A DNA stretch of 64,000 nucleotides from Synechococcus sp. (GTDB lineage: Bacteria > Cyanobacteriota > Cyanobacteriia > PCC-6307 > Cyanobiaceae): assembly GCA_047285535.1 (NCBI GenBank), contig JBJBDC010000001.1, positions 2,432,136 to 2,496,135 on the forward strand, written 5' to 3'. The position numbers were made by a program, and so were the translations under genes. The notes under the pieces were generated by a model, which saw only the letters and a list, made by a program, of their open reading frames with translations, searched no databases and was not told the origin of the DNA. Positions 28,201 through 38,508 of this stretch are shown piece after piece; the stretch's first letter is position 1; every line of letters begins with the position of its first letter.

Positions 28201-31200
28201 AGCAAGGGAACAACAAACCTATTCTCAGGGGTACTCCTTCTTTCCTTGCTAATGGCGCAGAAGATCTTGCCTATGTGGTCAAAGAAACAGATCTTTTAGA
28301 GGGATATTCCGATCCCGATGGCCACAGTCTTTCGGTTGCTGGTCTAACAAGTTCGATTGGTTCTCTCATTGAAAATGGCAATGACACCTGGACTCTGAAT
28401 ACTCCAAAAGACTTCAACGGCAAGATTGAACTGTCTTATGCAGTCATTGACGGGAATGGTGGTTCTGTTGCTGCACAAAACAGTTTTTTACTGACCGCTG
28501 TTAATGACGTTCCGATTCTTAGCGGACACTATGTTGTTCTTGCCGATGGTACAGAAGATGTTGCCTACACAATCAAAGCCACCGATCTCCTTCAGGGGTA
28601 TAGCGATGTTGATGGTGATGTCTTATCTATTAGCGATTTGACTACATCGGTTGGTTCTCTCGCCGACAATGGTGACAGCACTTGGATGTTGACAACACCA
28701 GATAGTTTCAACGGAAGCATTGATCTGTCTTATTTCGTCATTGATGGCAACGGTGGTTCGATAGCTGCCACAAAAAAAGTCTCATTGACGGCCGTCAATG
28801 ATGCGCCCATTCTCACTCGCCCTCGTGTTGATCTTCGCCCTCCTGTTGATCTTGTCGATGGCACAGGAAATGTTGCCTACACAATCAAAGCCACCGATCT
28901 ACTTCAGGGGTATAGAGATTTTGATGGTGATGTCTTATCTATTATCGATTTGACTACATCGCTTGGTTCTCTCGCCGACAATGGTGACAGCACCTGGACG
29001 CTGACAACACCAGATAATTTCAACGGAAGGATGCTTCTGTATTATTCCGTCATTGATGGCAACGGTGGTTCGATAGCTGCCACAAGAGATGTCTTATTGA
29101 CGGCCGTCAATTATAATTATGCGCCCGTTGAGGACAAAATTATTGGTACGTCTTACAGGGATGTTGAAACAGCAGGCACGACAGATCTGGTGACAGACAG
29201 CCTCGGTGGCGTGTATGCGCGTAGCTTCGGAGGCACGCTTGATGCCATTACTTACAACGGCAGCCAGATGAAAGATGGCTTCTTTGCTGGATGGTCCATC
29301 AAAGGGGCGGAAACCATCGATGGTGTCAACAATGTCACCTGGAAACACAGCTCTGGTTCCATTTCAATCTGGAATACAGATGCCAATTGGAATTACACAG
29401 GTGGTGCGTTTTATGGCTCAGCGAATACCTCAGAAGGACTGCAGTGGGAAGCAGCTTTTGATCAGGACTTCAATGAGGACAAAATTATTGGTACGTCTTA
29501 CAGGGATGTTGAAACAGCAGGCACGACAGATCTGGTGACAGACAGCCTCGGTGGCGTGTATGCGCGTAGCTTCGGAGGCACGCTTGATGCCATTACTTAC
29601 AACGGCAGCCAGATGAAAGATGGCTTCTTTGCTGGATGGTCCATCAAAGGGGCGGAAACCATCGATGGTGTCAACAATGTCACCTGGAAACACAGCTCTG
29701 GTTCCATTTCAATCTGGAATACAGATGCCAATTGGAATTACACAGGTGGTGCGTTTTATGGCTCAGCGAATACCTCAGAAGGACTGCAGTGGGAAGCAGC
29801 TTTTGATCAGGACTTCAATGAGGACAAAATTATTGGTACGTCTTACAGGGATGTTGAAACAGCAGGCACGACAGATCTGGTGACAGACAGCCTCGGTGGC
29901 GTGTATGCGCGTAGCTTCGGAGGCACGCTTGATGCCATTACTTACAACGGCAGCCAGATGAAAGATGGCTTCTTTGCTGGATGGTCCATCAAAGGGGCGG
30001 AAACCATCGATGGTGTCAACAATGTCACCTGGAAACACAGCTCTGGTTCCATTTCAATCTGGAATACAGATGCCAATTGGAATTACACAGGTGGTGCGTT
30101 TTATGGCTCAGCGAATACCTCAGAAGGACTGCAGTGGGAAGCAGCTTTTGATCAGGACTTCAATGAGGACAAAATTATTGGTACGTCTTACAGGGATGTT
30201 GAAACAGCAGGCACGACAGATCTGGTGACAGACAGCCTCGGTGGCGTGTATGCGCGTAGCTCCGGAGGCACGCTTGATGCCATTACTTACAACGGCAGCC
30301 AGATGAAAGATGGCTTCTTTGCTGGATGGTCCATCAAAGGGGCGGAAACCATCGATGGTGTCAACAATGTCACCTGGAAACACAGCTCTGGTTCCATTTC
30401 AATCTGGAATACAGATGCCAATTGGAATTACACAGGTGGTGCGTTTTATGGCTCAGCGAATACCTCAGAAGGACTGCAGTGGGAAGCAGCTTTTGATCAG
30501 GACTTCAATGAGGACAAAATTATTGGTACGTCTTACAGGGATGTTGAAACAGCAGGCACGACAGATCTGGTGACAGACAGCCTCGGTGGCGTGTATGCGC
30601 GTAGCTCCGGAGGCACGCTTGATGCCATTACTTACAACGGCAGCCAGATGAAAGATGGCTTCTTTGCTGGATGGTCCATCAAAGGGGCGGAAACCATCGA
30701 TGGTGTCAACAATGTCACCTGGAAACACAGCTCTGGTTCCATTTCAATCTGGAATACAGATGCCAATTGGAATTACACAGGTGGTGCGTTTTATGGCTCA
30801 GCGAATACCTCAGAAGGACTGCAGTGGGAAGCAGCTTTTGATCAGGACTTCAATGAGGACAAAATTATTGGTACGTCTTACAGGGATGTTGAAACAGCAG
30901 GCACGACAGATCTGGTGACAGACAGCCTCGGTGGCGTGTATGCGCGTAGCTCCGGAGGCACGCTTGATGCCATTACTTACAACGGCAGCCAGATGAAAGA
31001 TGGCTTCTTTGCTGGATGGTCCATCAAAGGGGCGGAAACCATCGATGGTGTCAACAATGTCACCTGGAAACACAGCTCTGGTTCCATTTCAATCTGGAAT
31101 ACAGATGCCAATTGGAATTACACAGGTGGTGCGTTTTATGGCTCAGCGAATACCTCAGAAGGACTGCAGTGGGAAGCAGCTTTTGATCAGGACTTCAATG

Positions 31201-31235
31201 AAGACAAAATGATTGGAGCTGATCCACTTGCGTAG
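25215..31235 (+). CDS. Giant repeat-rich surface/adhesin protein (Ig-like repeats, cadherin-like domains, FG-GAP propeller, Trp-rich C-terminal repeats)
   Basis: 2006-aa ORF; GDVNGDGIDDLIIGA FG-GAP repeats; TED..Y...DLL.GYSD.DGD cadherin-like units; tandem 130-aa and 115-aa repeats. Confidence 0.9.
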   Translation: MSNVFSQDVVGIELTGLSLSSKIINLDGSDERVWATINFQEDLSGFDRGYLGYYSNDLDKYISLPFIYDHEIDKTSAQGYMNINQYAASGTYELDSIALHDKAGNSFYANHDDDGWEDYLASAGVVDTSFEVKNTNQDVEGIELTGLSLSSKIINLDGSDERVWATINFQEDLSGFDRGYLGYYSNDLDKYISLPFIYDHEIDKTSAQGYMNINQYAASGTYELDSIALHDKAGNSFYANHDDDGWEDYLASAGVVDTSFEVKNTNQDVEGIELTGLSLSSKIINLDGSDERVWATINFQEDLSGFDRGYLGYYSNDLDKYISLPFIYDHEIDKASAQGYMNINQYAASGTYELDSIALHDKAGNSFYANHDDDGWEDYLASAGVVDTSFTISRKVSGNHSPILSGTPVVLANGTEDVDYILKASDLLQGYSDPDGDSLSVTDLTSSVGSLTNNGNGTWTLNTPKDFNGKIRLSYSVVDGKGGSLTAQNSYSLPDLNKSPSFPAFIELRDLDGSNGFKINGIDEFDRPFRVSGAGDINGDGIDDLIIGATGAYANGNANSGETYVIFGSNKVFSSSFNLSDLNGKNGFKINGIGRNDFSGSCVSSAGDVNDDGNDDLIISSTMRNKVWVVFGSNKSFSSSIELSDLNGRNGFTIYGSGGIISDAGDVNGDGIDDLILGDAGADANYRRNVGEAYVIFGSKLGFNSKFNLHSGALSNLNGANGFEIIGIDQDDYAGGSVSGAGDVNGDGIDDLIIGASGADANGKQDSGETYVVFGNKKGFSSSTKLSELNGNNGFKINGIGQHDRSGNSVSGAGDVNGDGIDDLIIGAVYADANGNVRAGESYVVFGNNKAFNSTVELSDLNGITGFQINGIDAEDRLGSSVSGAGDVNGDGVDDLIIGASGGDPNGDKIGQVGGAGETYVVFGSTKGFNSILELSDLNGSKGFKINGIDTGDSSGGSVSGAGDVNGDGIDDLIIGGTGANESYVVFGRSSSNDDEQGNNKPILRGTPSFLANGAEDLAYVVKETDLLEGYSDPDGHSLSVAGLTSSIGSLIENGNDTWTLNTPKDFNGKIELSYAVIDGNGGSVAAQNSFLLTAVNDVPILSGHYVVLADGTEDVAYTIKATDLLQGYSDVDGDVLSISDLTTSVGSLADNGDSTWMLTTPDSFNGSIDLSYFVIDGNGGSIAATKKVSLTAVNDAPILTRPRVDLRPPVDLVDGTGNVAYTIKATDLLQGYRDFDGDVLSIIDLTTSLGSLADNGDSTWTLTTPDNFNGRMLLYYSVIDGNGGSIAATRDVLLTAVNYNYAPVEDKIIGTSYRDVETAGTTDLVTDSLGGVYARSFGGTLDAITYNGSQMKDGFFAGWSIKGAETIDGVNNVTWKHSSGSISIWNTDANWNYTGGAFYGSANTSEGLQWEAAFDQDFNEDKIIGTSYRDVETAGTTDLVTDSLGGVYARSFGGTLDAITYNGSQMKDGFFAGWSIKGAETIDGVNNVTWKHSSGSISIWNTDANWNYTGGAFYGSANTSEGLQWEAAFDQDFNEDKIIGTSYRDVETAGTTDLVTDSLGGVYARSFGGTLDAITYNGSQMKDGFFAGWSIKGAETIDGVNNVTWKHSSGSISIWNTDANWNYTGGAFYGSANTSEGLQWEAAFDQDFNEDKIIGTSYRDVETAGTTDLVTDSLGGVYARSSGGTLDAITYNGSQMKDGFFAGWSIKGAETIDGVNNVTWKHSSGSISIWNTDANWNYTGGAFYGSANTSEGLQWEAAFDQDFNEDKIIGTSYRDVETAGTTDLVTDSLGGVYARSSGGTLDAITYNGSQMKDGFFAGWSIKGAETIDGVNNVTWKHSSGSISIWNTDANWNYTGGAFYGSANTSEGLQWEAAFDQDFNEDKIIGTSYRDVETAGTTDLVTDSLGGVYARSSGGTLDAITYNGSQMKDGFFAGWSIKGAETIDGVNNVTWKHSSGSISIWNTDANWNYTGGAFYGSANTSEGLQWEAAFDQDFNEDKMIGADPLA
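25248..26377 (+). repeat. Three near-identical 390-bp tandem repeats
   Basis: attgagttaacagg at 25248, 25638 and 26028. Confidence 0.95.
29130..31199 (+). repeat. Six near-identical 345-bp tandem repeats
   Basis: gaggacaaaattattggtacg at 29130, 29475, 29820, 30165, 30510 and 30855. Confidence 0.97.
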
Positions 31236-31894
31236 TTGAAGGTAAGGGAAGATGAAACCAATACAAATCAGACGAAGAGTTGTACTGCCGCCTTGAAGGC
31301 AACCAGCTTGCCCATCATCGTTGCAGGCAGTTAGTGGATAGTGGGTCTGATGGGTTTGCAGATCAGGAAGCGATTGCAGACATCTGGGATGATCCAGCAG
31401 GCAGAAGATCCTCCTGATTGCAAACGCGAACAGAGTGATGCCGAGATCGGAATTGCATCTGTCAAAGGGTGAGAGCAGTGCTCTCACTTTTCAGTCAAAC
31501 TGTTCTTATAGAGGATTGCAAAGGCACGTGCGTAGAGGGATGAGATGCGCTTCTAATTTTTTCTTAGAAGGAAATCTATGTGGATAATAAAAATCGATCT
31601 ATTGTCCTTATTGAGAGGCAAGTTCTCAGATGTTGTAATCCCTTGGTTTTGCCTAAGAGTCAATTTATGCCGTTTTCAGGCTTCGATGGAAGGCTTTTGA
31701 TAGTCGGCTTGATTGGGTGTTTTGTGGATTGCTGACACGATTCAGGCTTCTCGACTAGTCAAGGCAATGATCATTGCCCGTTTTGCCCATAAGAATGCGA
31801 TGCTGGTGTTTAAGGTTCTGTCAGAACTAAAGTGGCTGAAAAGGTGAATGCTGTCAAGTAATATCTATTTCTGCCTGCGTCTGGCCTTGCCCTT

Positions 31895-32080
31895 ATGTCG
31901 TCCTATCAAATCATTCAATGTGATATACACAGTGAGTTGATTTCTGGAACCTATGAGACATTGGAATCAGCGAGAATCGCTTGGGATCAATTGATCGGTA
32001 AGCGTGAGGAAATGAATTACATATCCATGGAACTTGTGGATGATGAGTTGGACATTATTGATACCTTCTATTGGGACTAG
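31895..32080 (+). CDS. Small acidic hypothetical protein
   Basis: 61-aa ATG ORF with protein-like composition. Confidence 0.45.
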   Translation: MSSYQIIQCDIHSELISGTYETLESARIAWDQLIGKREEMNYISMELVDDELDIIDTFYWD

Positions 32081-32217
32081 TGAGTGAGTGATGTCATCCG
32101 TTGCTCTGTGCTGAGTGGAAGGGGGTCTTCCTTCAGTCTTGCTTTGACCTCAGCGTCCACATCTCCATCGAAAGTCCCAGTGCGATGTCTTTCAACCTCT
32201 GACCATGTTGGATTTGG

Positions 32218-32982
32218 GTGAAGACCGACAGGTCTTGCCAGGATGAGTGCGTTGACTGTCGTCTGCATCCTGCTGACGTGCTTCTGATTCTTCCTGCCAT
32301 CGGCATGATGCTTGGTGGCCTTCTGGGTAGCAGCTTTCGTCCTGGTAAACGCCTGAGAGGCGTAGTGGCTCATCTCGTGGGAGGTCTGGTACTCGGTATT
32401 GCTGCCGCCGATCTCATGCCAGCTGCAAGCAGCAGTGGCCATCCTCTCGCGTTGGCCCTCGGCTTCTGCCTCGGCTTCTCCCTGCTGCTTGTGATCAACG
32501 CTGTTTTGCAGGATTCCGAGGATAGTTCTCACCTCAATCGGTCGCGGCCGATGTTGCTGCTGCTGCTGCCTTTCCTCGTGGACAGCCTCATTGATGGTCT
32601 GGTCGTAGGGATTAGCAACGATGCAGCCCAGCAGGGCTGGGTGATTCCACTGGCAGTCAGTATGGAGATGGGACTGGCCGCGCTGGGACTCGGGACTTTG
32701 CTTGGCCGTGGGGCAGGCCGCTGGCGCAGCACCTTGGGTGGGGGGCTGATGGCGCTCACTTATCTGATTGGTCTCACGATCAGTGTGGTCCTCACGCAAG
32801 GCCTGCAGGGTCCAGCTCTCACTGCAATGCTCGCCTTCGGCACTGCGGCACTCATTTACCTGGTGGTGGAAGAGGTGATGAAAGAGGCCCACTCCCGCGG
32901 AGAGGATGATTCCGGCGTGGTGAATGTGGCCTTTTTCATTGGATTGCTCTGCATCTGGCTTCTAAATACCGTGCACGCTTGA
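32218..32982 (+). CDS. ZIP (ZupT/GufA-like) family metal transporter
   Basis: Multiple TMs; DSLIDGLVVG and LIYLVVEEVMKEAH ZIP-like motifs. True start probably downstream. Confidence 0.8.
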   Translation: MKTDRSCQDECVDCRLHPADVLLILPAIGMMLGGLLGSSFRPGKRLRGVVAHLVGGLVLGIAAADLMPAASSSGHPLALALGFCLGFSLLLVINAVLQDSEDSSHLNRSRPMLLLLLPFLVDSLIDGLVVGISNDAAQQGWVIPLAVSMEMGLAALGLGTLLGRGAGRWRSTLGGGLMALTYLIGLTISVVLTQGLQGPALTAMLAFGTAALIYLVVEEVMKEAHSRGEDDSGVVNVAFFIGLLCIWLLNTVHA

Positions 32983-33735
32983 AGGGTGAGTTTTCGATTG
33001 AAGTCTCTTTCTTGACGACGTTTCAACGGTTAAGACAATCCTTTCAGTGCAAGAGACCGCTTTCCCCCTCCCCTCAGGGGGGTCAGCGATCTCTTGCACT
33101 GACTCTCGTTGGGTTCTCGTTTGGCGATCAGTTGCGAGTAGGTGGTCAGTGCTGTGGGCTTGGCAACCAAGCTTCAGGTGGCGGTCCGATGTTGATCTCA
33201 GGCCTGGATTGCAACCTCTCAGCGCTACGACTCTCACCAGTAGTGGCCAATTTCAGGCCACAACTCAACCAACTCTGGGCATCCAGAGGGGTAGAACACC
33301 TGGGAGCAGCTTTTGATCATGGGATCGACGCTCACTGGCCACTAAGAGATCATTGCCAATCAGATGGGCAACGCAGGATGGAATCTCCCGATCAATTGGA
33401 TCCAGCAGGGTTTGATCCCTTGGCCATGATCTCCATGTGGGAGGACATGCACGCTCTAGTCAGGCAATGGGAAAAGAAGCACGGCGCTACTGCCAAGATT
33501 GCGTCCGTGGCTTTCGAGGAATTTGCTGCAACGTTGATCGTTAAAGGTCCTGAGATCAAAAAGGATTGAGCCTCTGGTTGGGTAAGGAGGCAGCCAGAAG
33601 TGAATCAATCCGTCAATGTGCTCCCGTACAAACCGGCAGAAAAGGTCTTCAAACCGAACCTTTCATGACGGTTGGCCCATCTTTCGAGCTGAACGAAGCA
33701 GCACTAGACCGTTGAGGTCCCTCTCGGAGACAGCC

Positions 33736-33993
33736 ATGACGACCACCACACTTCGCTACAACGGCAAGGCTTTTATCTACGCCCCGACGGGCCTCATGGT
33801 CCAAGAAGATGAGGGGCTTAGCCATCGTGATGTCAAAGAACCTCAACTAGAACTTGCTGCATCCGATGCTGGCTTGAGTGTGTATGAGCGGGCAGAAAAG
33901 CTCAACGGGCGATTAGCCATGCTTGGCATTGTGGCGCTTGTTGCCACCGAGGACTTGTTGCATCAGGGCTTGCTTCAAGCTCTTGGACTCTGA
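33736..33993 (+). CDS. hli: High-light-inducible protein (HLIP)
   Basis: [14 protein letters not shown] chlorophyll-binding motif; GGAG upstream of the ATG. Confidence 0.88.
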   Translation: MTTTTLRYNGKAFIYAPTGLMVQEDEGLSHRDVKEPQLELAASDAGLSVYERAEKLNGRLAMLGIVALVATEDLLHQGLLQALGL

Positions 33994-34038
33994 CCCGAAT
34001 CAAGACGGGTTGCCATCGGATCTCTCTTGGAGATAACC

Positions 34039-34146
34039 ATGACTGAGACACCAAAATTCAGCTTGCGTCGTTTGGCCTGCTGGTCAGCTGACAGCCTTGA
34101 TCTCATCTTGCTCACAGGTCAAAATCTTCTGAATCAAATCAGTTGA
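34039..34146 (+). pseudogene. Degenerate short HLIP
   Basis: MTETPKF...LLTGQNLLNQIS keeps the termini of 35-45-aa HLIPs but lacks ExxNGRLAM; GGAG upstream. Confidence 0.5.
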
Positions 34147-34873
34147 TGACCAGCTTGGATCCGGGTGATACCTCACCCGGGTGACCCTTATCCGCGGGAT
34201 GTCTGAGCTAGATCTTCAAGGATGATTTCCACACTCCCTCTGGGCGGCGCACTTTTTCAAGTCAAGCAGCATGAAGGGCTTCTCCAGAATGGCCACTCCC
34301 TTCCGTTGCTTCAGGCCAGTTTGAGTCCGTGGAGGCTTTTTTTAAAGAGTTCCTGTTGGGTCTATGCATTCTTCGGGATTGGAAATTTCGGACGCTTTCG
34401 AATTCAATTCAGACTATGGAGCACCAGGGAGAAACATATCCAGAATCATCTTTCTGGCTAGAAGCATGAGCCATCACCTCCCTCTGCTGGTGAGCTGGCC
34501 AGGGTTTCCGTTGTGTCATGCAGCGCCGCATCGCTTGTTCGCGCCACAACCCTCTTTGACGATCACACGAACATTGTTCAGGCACTTAGCGGCCACGAGA
34601 AATTTGCTTTGGAATCATCTTTTCATACTGCTTCAAAGAGGATGGTTCTCTTTAGAACAATGGAGTCTTAAGGGATGAATGCTTGAGCTGTGTATTCATC
34701 GAGACCTGGCTTTGGTAGGTATTTTTGAATCAATCTTTTTTTGCAAATCAGTGGATCTAAGCGTTTGTTCAGGCTCTGCAAGTCCCGTAAGCGATTTGCT
34801 TTTTTCTTTTTCCTTTTGGTTGGCTGACAAGCAGGCTTCCCCTGGCTAGTGATAGAGCAATCATTCTCAAACG

Positions 34874-35374
34874 ATGTTTCGTCCTTTGTTGATTGCATCA
34901 ACGTTGGCGTTGGTAGGAATCATGCCTTTGCATGCAAACCATCACCACGGCGGTCATCACGGCGGTCATCACGGCGGTCATCACGGCGGTCATCACGGCG
35001 GTCATCACGGCGGTCATCACGGAGGACACCACGGTGGCGGATGGCATCATAATAATTGGAATTGGTATGCCAATAGACGTGCCGCTTGGGGTATTGCAGG
35101 CTTGGCCACTGGTGCGATAATTACATCTGCAATTGCAAATTCTCGCGCTCAAAATTCACCCACAATTGTTGTTCCAGAAACAAATCGAAGACTTGAGTAC
35201 GATTTTGATCAAACATCTCCGCAGCCTTTAAATGTTAGTTTCACCTATATGGTCAATGGAGTTCGAGTGAATGCTGAAGCCAATTGTCAACAAGGGCTCA
35301 TTGATGGAAATCCTCCAGAAAGTGCAGCAGATGTGCATACTCTGAATGCAGTCTGCCATGCTGCAAGCAATTAA
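34874..35374 (+). CDS. Secreted His/Gly-repeat protein
   Basis: Signal peptide, (HHGG)x8, a hydrophobic glycine-zipper-like segment and a C-terminal two-Cys domain. Confidence 0.8.
   Translation: MFRPLLIASTLALVGIMPLHANHHHGGHHGGHHGGHHGGHHGGHHGGHHGGHHGGGWHHNNWNWYANRRAAWGIAGLATGAIITSAIANSRAQNSPTIVVPETNRRLEYDFDQTSPQPLNVSFTYMVNGVRVNAEANCQQGLIDGNPPESAADVHTLNAVCHAASN
34943..35038 (+). repeat. 12-bp tandem repeat x8 (catcacggcggt)
   Basis: Directly visible. Confidence 0.95.
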
Positions 35375-35956
35375 TGATTGCTAGGTATCTATCTTTTGGC
35401 GAATAAATAGATCAAGGATTTGGTTGGTGGTGGGATTTCATTGACACCTGCTGATTCGTTGTTCAGCCCAAATATTGGCTGAGGCTTTTGCTAGACGTCT
35501 CTGCGATTGTGTTAACTGTCATGTAAGGGCAAAGAGTTATCTGTTCTTTTTTTCGGGCTCTTTGATCCCATCCTCCATCATTGATACCATTCCCGCTAGT
35601 AGGGCTAAGCAAGTCACGAGCATGAAAATCCATGTTCCTATCACCAGTGTGCTTGTGTCACCGTAAACGAGTGAAGAAGGCCACGTCTCCATAAGCAGAT
35701 AATGCATTGTTTTTATGCGAAGATCCTTAACCTTCTCATTCTGTATGAATAAATTAGTTCTCAAATATGACTGTCCATTGTAGCCAACAGCAATGATGGC
35801 TGTATTTGTTGATTCCTTGAGCCATGTCAATGCGTGGATAGGGTGGATCTCCTTTTGGAGCCGGTGGCCGTCGAAACTGTGCCCAGCCACTTTCTCTGCT
35901 ACCCCGAGGCAGCCTTGTCACTCATATGTTTTCTCACATTGCAGGTGCAGAAAGGT

Positions 35957-36214
35957 ATGAATGACTCGGAATCGCTCGTTTTGAAGATGATTCAAGTTGA
36001 TGCGTCGAATGTCTTCGAGCATCTGATCCCTGAGGGAGCCAATTTCGTTGAGATTGCTATGTCTCCTTCGAGATTCCAAGCCAAAAAGAAGGCATATGAA
36101 CCCCATCCCAATATGAATGAAATTTCGCCTATGCAGATCGTGAGACGAGGATTTGTCAATCACGTCAGCTCTATTATGAATGGTGATGTTGTCTTCGTCG
36201 AAGAGGAACATTGA
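35957..36214 (+). CDS. Small hypothetical protein
   Basis: ATG preceded by AAAGGT; protein-like composition. The antisense ORF is less convincing. Confidence 0.45.
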   Translation: MNDSESLVLKMIQVDASNVFEHLIPEGANFVEIAMSPSRFQAKKKAYEPHPNMNEISPMQIVRRGFVNHVSSIMNGDVVFVEEEH

Positions 36215-37100
36215 AATTTCTGTGCACTTGATCATGATTACTTGGAAAGGTCTTGAGGAATAGAAAAATCTACTAGTGGATTTATGATTGATTGTCATTC
36301 TGTTCTCTATTTTTAAATGTCTTGCTTGTAGCTTTGTTCCTGAGCTGAGAGTATAGTCTGGGTTTAATGTTCTCTTTCAGCCTTCATCATTAGCAATCCT
36401 CGTTGGGAGCTTGTCCTGCCTAAGGGTATGATTATTTATCTTTTTGTTTGAGCCGATTAGCACAATTTGGATTATTAGGCTCTCCATCACGTTGAGTGTT
36501 TGTTGATGATACCATCTAGTGAGTAAGTATTTTTGTTTGTGATCTTGACCCAGTGCCTGGTGCTATTTGCTGGAAATAATTTAGGCCTTCGCTAGGGAGC
36601 TGTCTTGTTTAAACGTATTCGCTACTTAGGGGGAGTTGGTCTTCAAATGAGGTCCCAGGATTCATTTGATCGCTCACTTCTCTTCTTAGCATTAGCCAAA
36701 AAATGCTTGTTCATTGCAACCATTATGGGAAGTGCATTAATCATGGGCCAAGCTGAAGCGAAGAAAAAGATCACAATCTCAAGCTAATATCAGTCAATAA
36801 TAAAGCAGAGTTGAAGAGGTCTAGATGCATGAATAATGGAGCATTAAGTAAGTTGATGAGTGCCAACATGCATGTGTTTAAATAAGATTCTACTGTGAAT
36901 TGTGAGCCTGAAGTCCACATCGCCTAAGGCTAACTCGATCCATGAAGCTTGCAATGCAATGCTTCTGTTTGCAAGCACCTCCTTTGAAGGGATTTGTTTC
37001 TTTCAAATCCTGCATGAGTAGATATGTATGAAGCTAAAATAGCAGACTTTTCTTCAGAGCTATGCTATAGCATTTGCCTATTGTTTCTAAGTGTATTCAC

Positions 37101-37469
37101 ATGCTCACATTGAAAATACGAGCGTTTAATAAAAAAATTGCGCTCTTCGTTACTGAAAAAGTAGGAACAATGGGCTGTGCCTACTTGTTCTCCTTGCTTG
37201 CATTGATTTCTCTTCCAGAGGCCCTTGCAAGTGAAGACCCCTTGGAAATCGTTTCTTGGATTGCGCAAACATTTCTCCAGCTAGTGCTTTTGCCAATTAT
37301 TATTGTTGGTCAAAATATTCAAGGTGAGATCAGTGCTCAGCAGGCTGTCACTGACAGTGAGACATTAGTCGCCATTCATTCAATGGCTTCTGAAATTCGT
37401 GATCTCAATCTGCAACACCAACGTATTTTACGCGATCTTGAAGGTGGTTCTTCCGAGGGTTTTGCCTGA
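37101..37469 (+). CDS. DUF1003-like membrane protein
   Basis: IALFVTEKVGTM...FLQLVLLPIIIVGQN followed by a coiled coil. Confidence 0.7.
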   Translation: MLTLKIRAFNKKIALFVTEKVGTMGCAYLFSLLALISLPEALASEDPLEIVSWIAQTFLQLVLLPIIIVGQNIQGEISAQQAVTDSETLVAIHSMASEIRDLNLQHQRILRDLEGGSSEGFA

Positions 37470-38124
37470 TTGAGTTAAGTGTCTTATTGAGCTTAGTTGA
37501 TCATCGGTTGAGATTGTATTGATTGTCAATCTTGAATGCTATTTGACTTGACTTGACTTGACTTTGTTGCAGTTCGTTTGTACGTGAACTTGGCTTGTTC
37601 TTGTTTCATTTCCACTTCTAAGCTCTTGCCAGTAAAAGTTGTTGCAATTTCTACTATTTCCTTTTTTGTTGTGAATCCACCATGCAGATGTTGTTAAATC
37701 AATCAATGCAAGAGGTCTCATGCTGAGGTTAATGTTCCGCATTGCGCGAGGTTGTTGAATTTTTTGATGGTCCATGTTGAATGATCGTAATGACTCGTTT
37801 TTTCACCTTGTACAGCGATTCGTAGGTGCGAAATAATCACCATATTGGCAGTTTTAAGGTAAGACTGTCTTCATTCGTTTTTTGGCGTGAAAATATATTC
37901 TATTGATGCAGACTTGTTATGCATGTTTCTGATGTCACGGTTGCGTGAACGCCTTTACGGATTTAGTTTGTGGCTCTTCGGGTAAATTTGATTGTAATAA
38001 AAAGACTGGAATCGTCTCTGTCAAGTTGTCCTTATGGCTTTGAAGTGAGTCTCTTGATTTCTGTCGCTATGGAGATTGATGCGCTCGAGAGTTTTTGGCT
38101 GTTGGTCAAAGCTGAGGTGTCAGT

Positions 38125-38508
38125 TCACATACCTTTGCGGTCTAGTGCATCTGTGAGTCGTGTAATTGCAGATGCAAGTTGAGCTTGAGAATCTGGAGCT
38201 GCTTCGGCAATGGCTTCTTGCTTCCGTTTTGAAGCCTCAATGGTCCTCACAATCACGAAGCAGACAAAGGCAATCACTAGGAAGTTGATAAGCGCAACAA
38301 TGACTGTTCCAGCTGGCCATGAATTGATTGAATCTACGTTGGCTGCCTTTAGCGCTGGCTCCAATGCCTTTGTCGTGACCAAAGTAACGATTGCGCCAAC
38401 CACTTTGCCGAAGGCGCCTGCGATGACGACAGCTATCGCAAGGTCAACGACATTGCCTTTGTTGATGAAGGCTTTGAAATCTGCTAGCAGGCTGGACTTT
38501 CGGGCCAT
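38125..38508 (-). CDS. mscL: Large-conductance mechanosensitive channel
   Basis: DFKAFINKGNVVDLAIAVVIAGAFGKVV and INFLVIAF motifs. Confidence 0.96.
   Translation of the reverse strand: MARKSSLLADFKAFINKGNVVDLAIAVVIAGAFGKVVGAIVTLVTTKALEPALKAANVDSINSWPAGTVIVALINFLVIAFVCFVIVRTIEASKRKQEAIAEAAPDSQAQLASAITRLTDALDRKGM

Noticed and set aside
29094..31212. Repeated 87-aa ORFs on both strands; possible CRISPR-like array
   Set aside because: These are off-frame shadows of the 345-bp coding repeats; there are no unique spacers.
32979..33569. 196-aa ORF after the ZIP transporter
   Set aside because: The N-terminal part looks non-coding; only the last about 63 codons may be a real small gene.
34850..34869. 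Fur/Zur-like box (gatagagcaatcattctca) upstream of the His-rich gene
   Set aside because: Only one half-site matches; too weak to call.
34849..35152. SSRR-, TAVI- and MTAV-repeat ORFs
   Set aside because: Alternative frames of the 12-bp HHGG repeat.
37543..37562. (ttgac)4 microsatellite
   Set aside because: Short, in AT-rich intergenic DNA, with no gene clearly affected.
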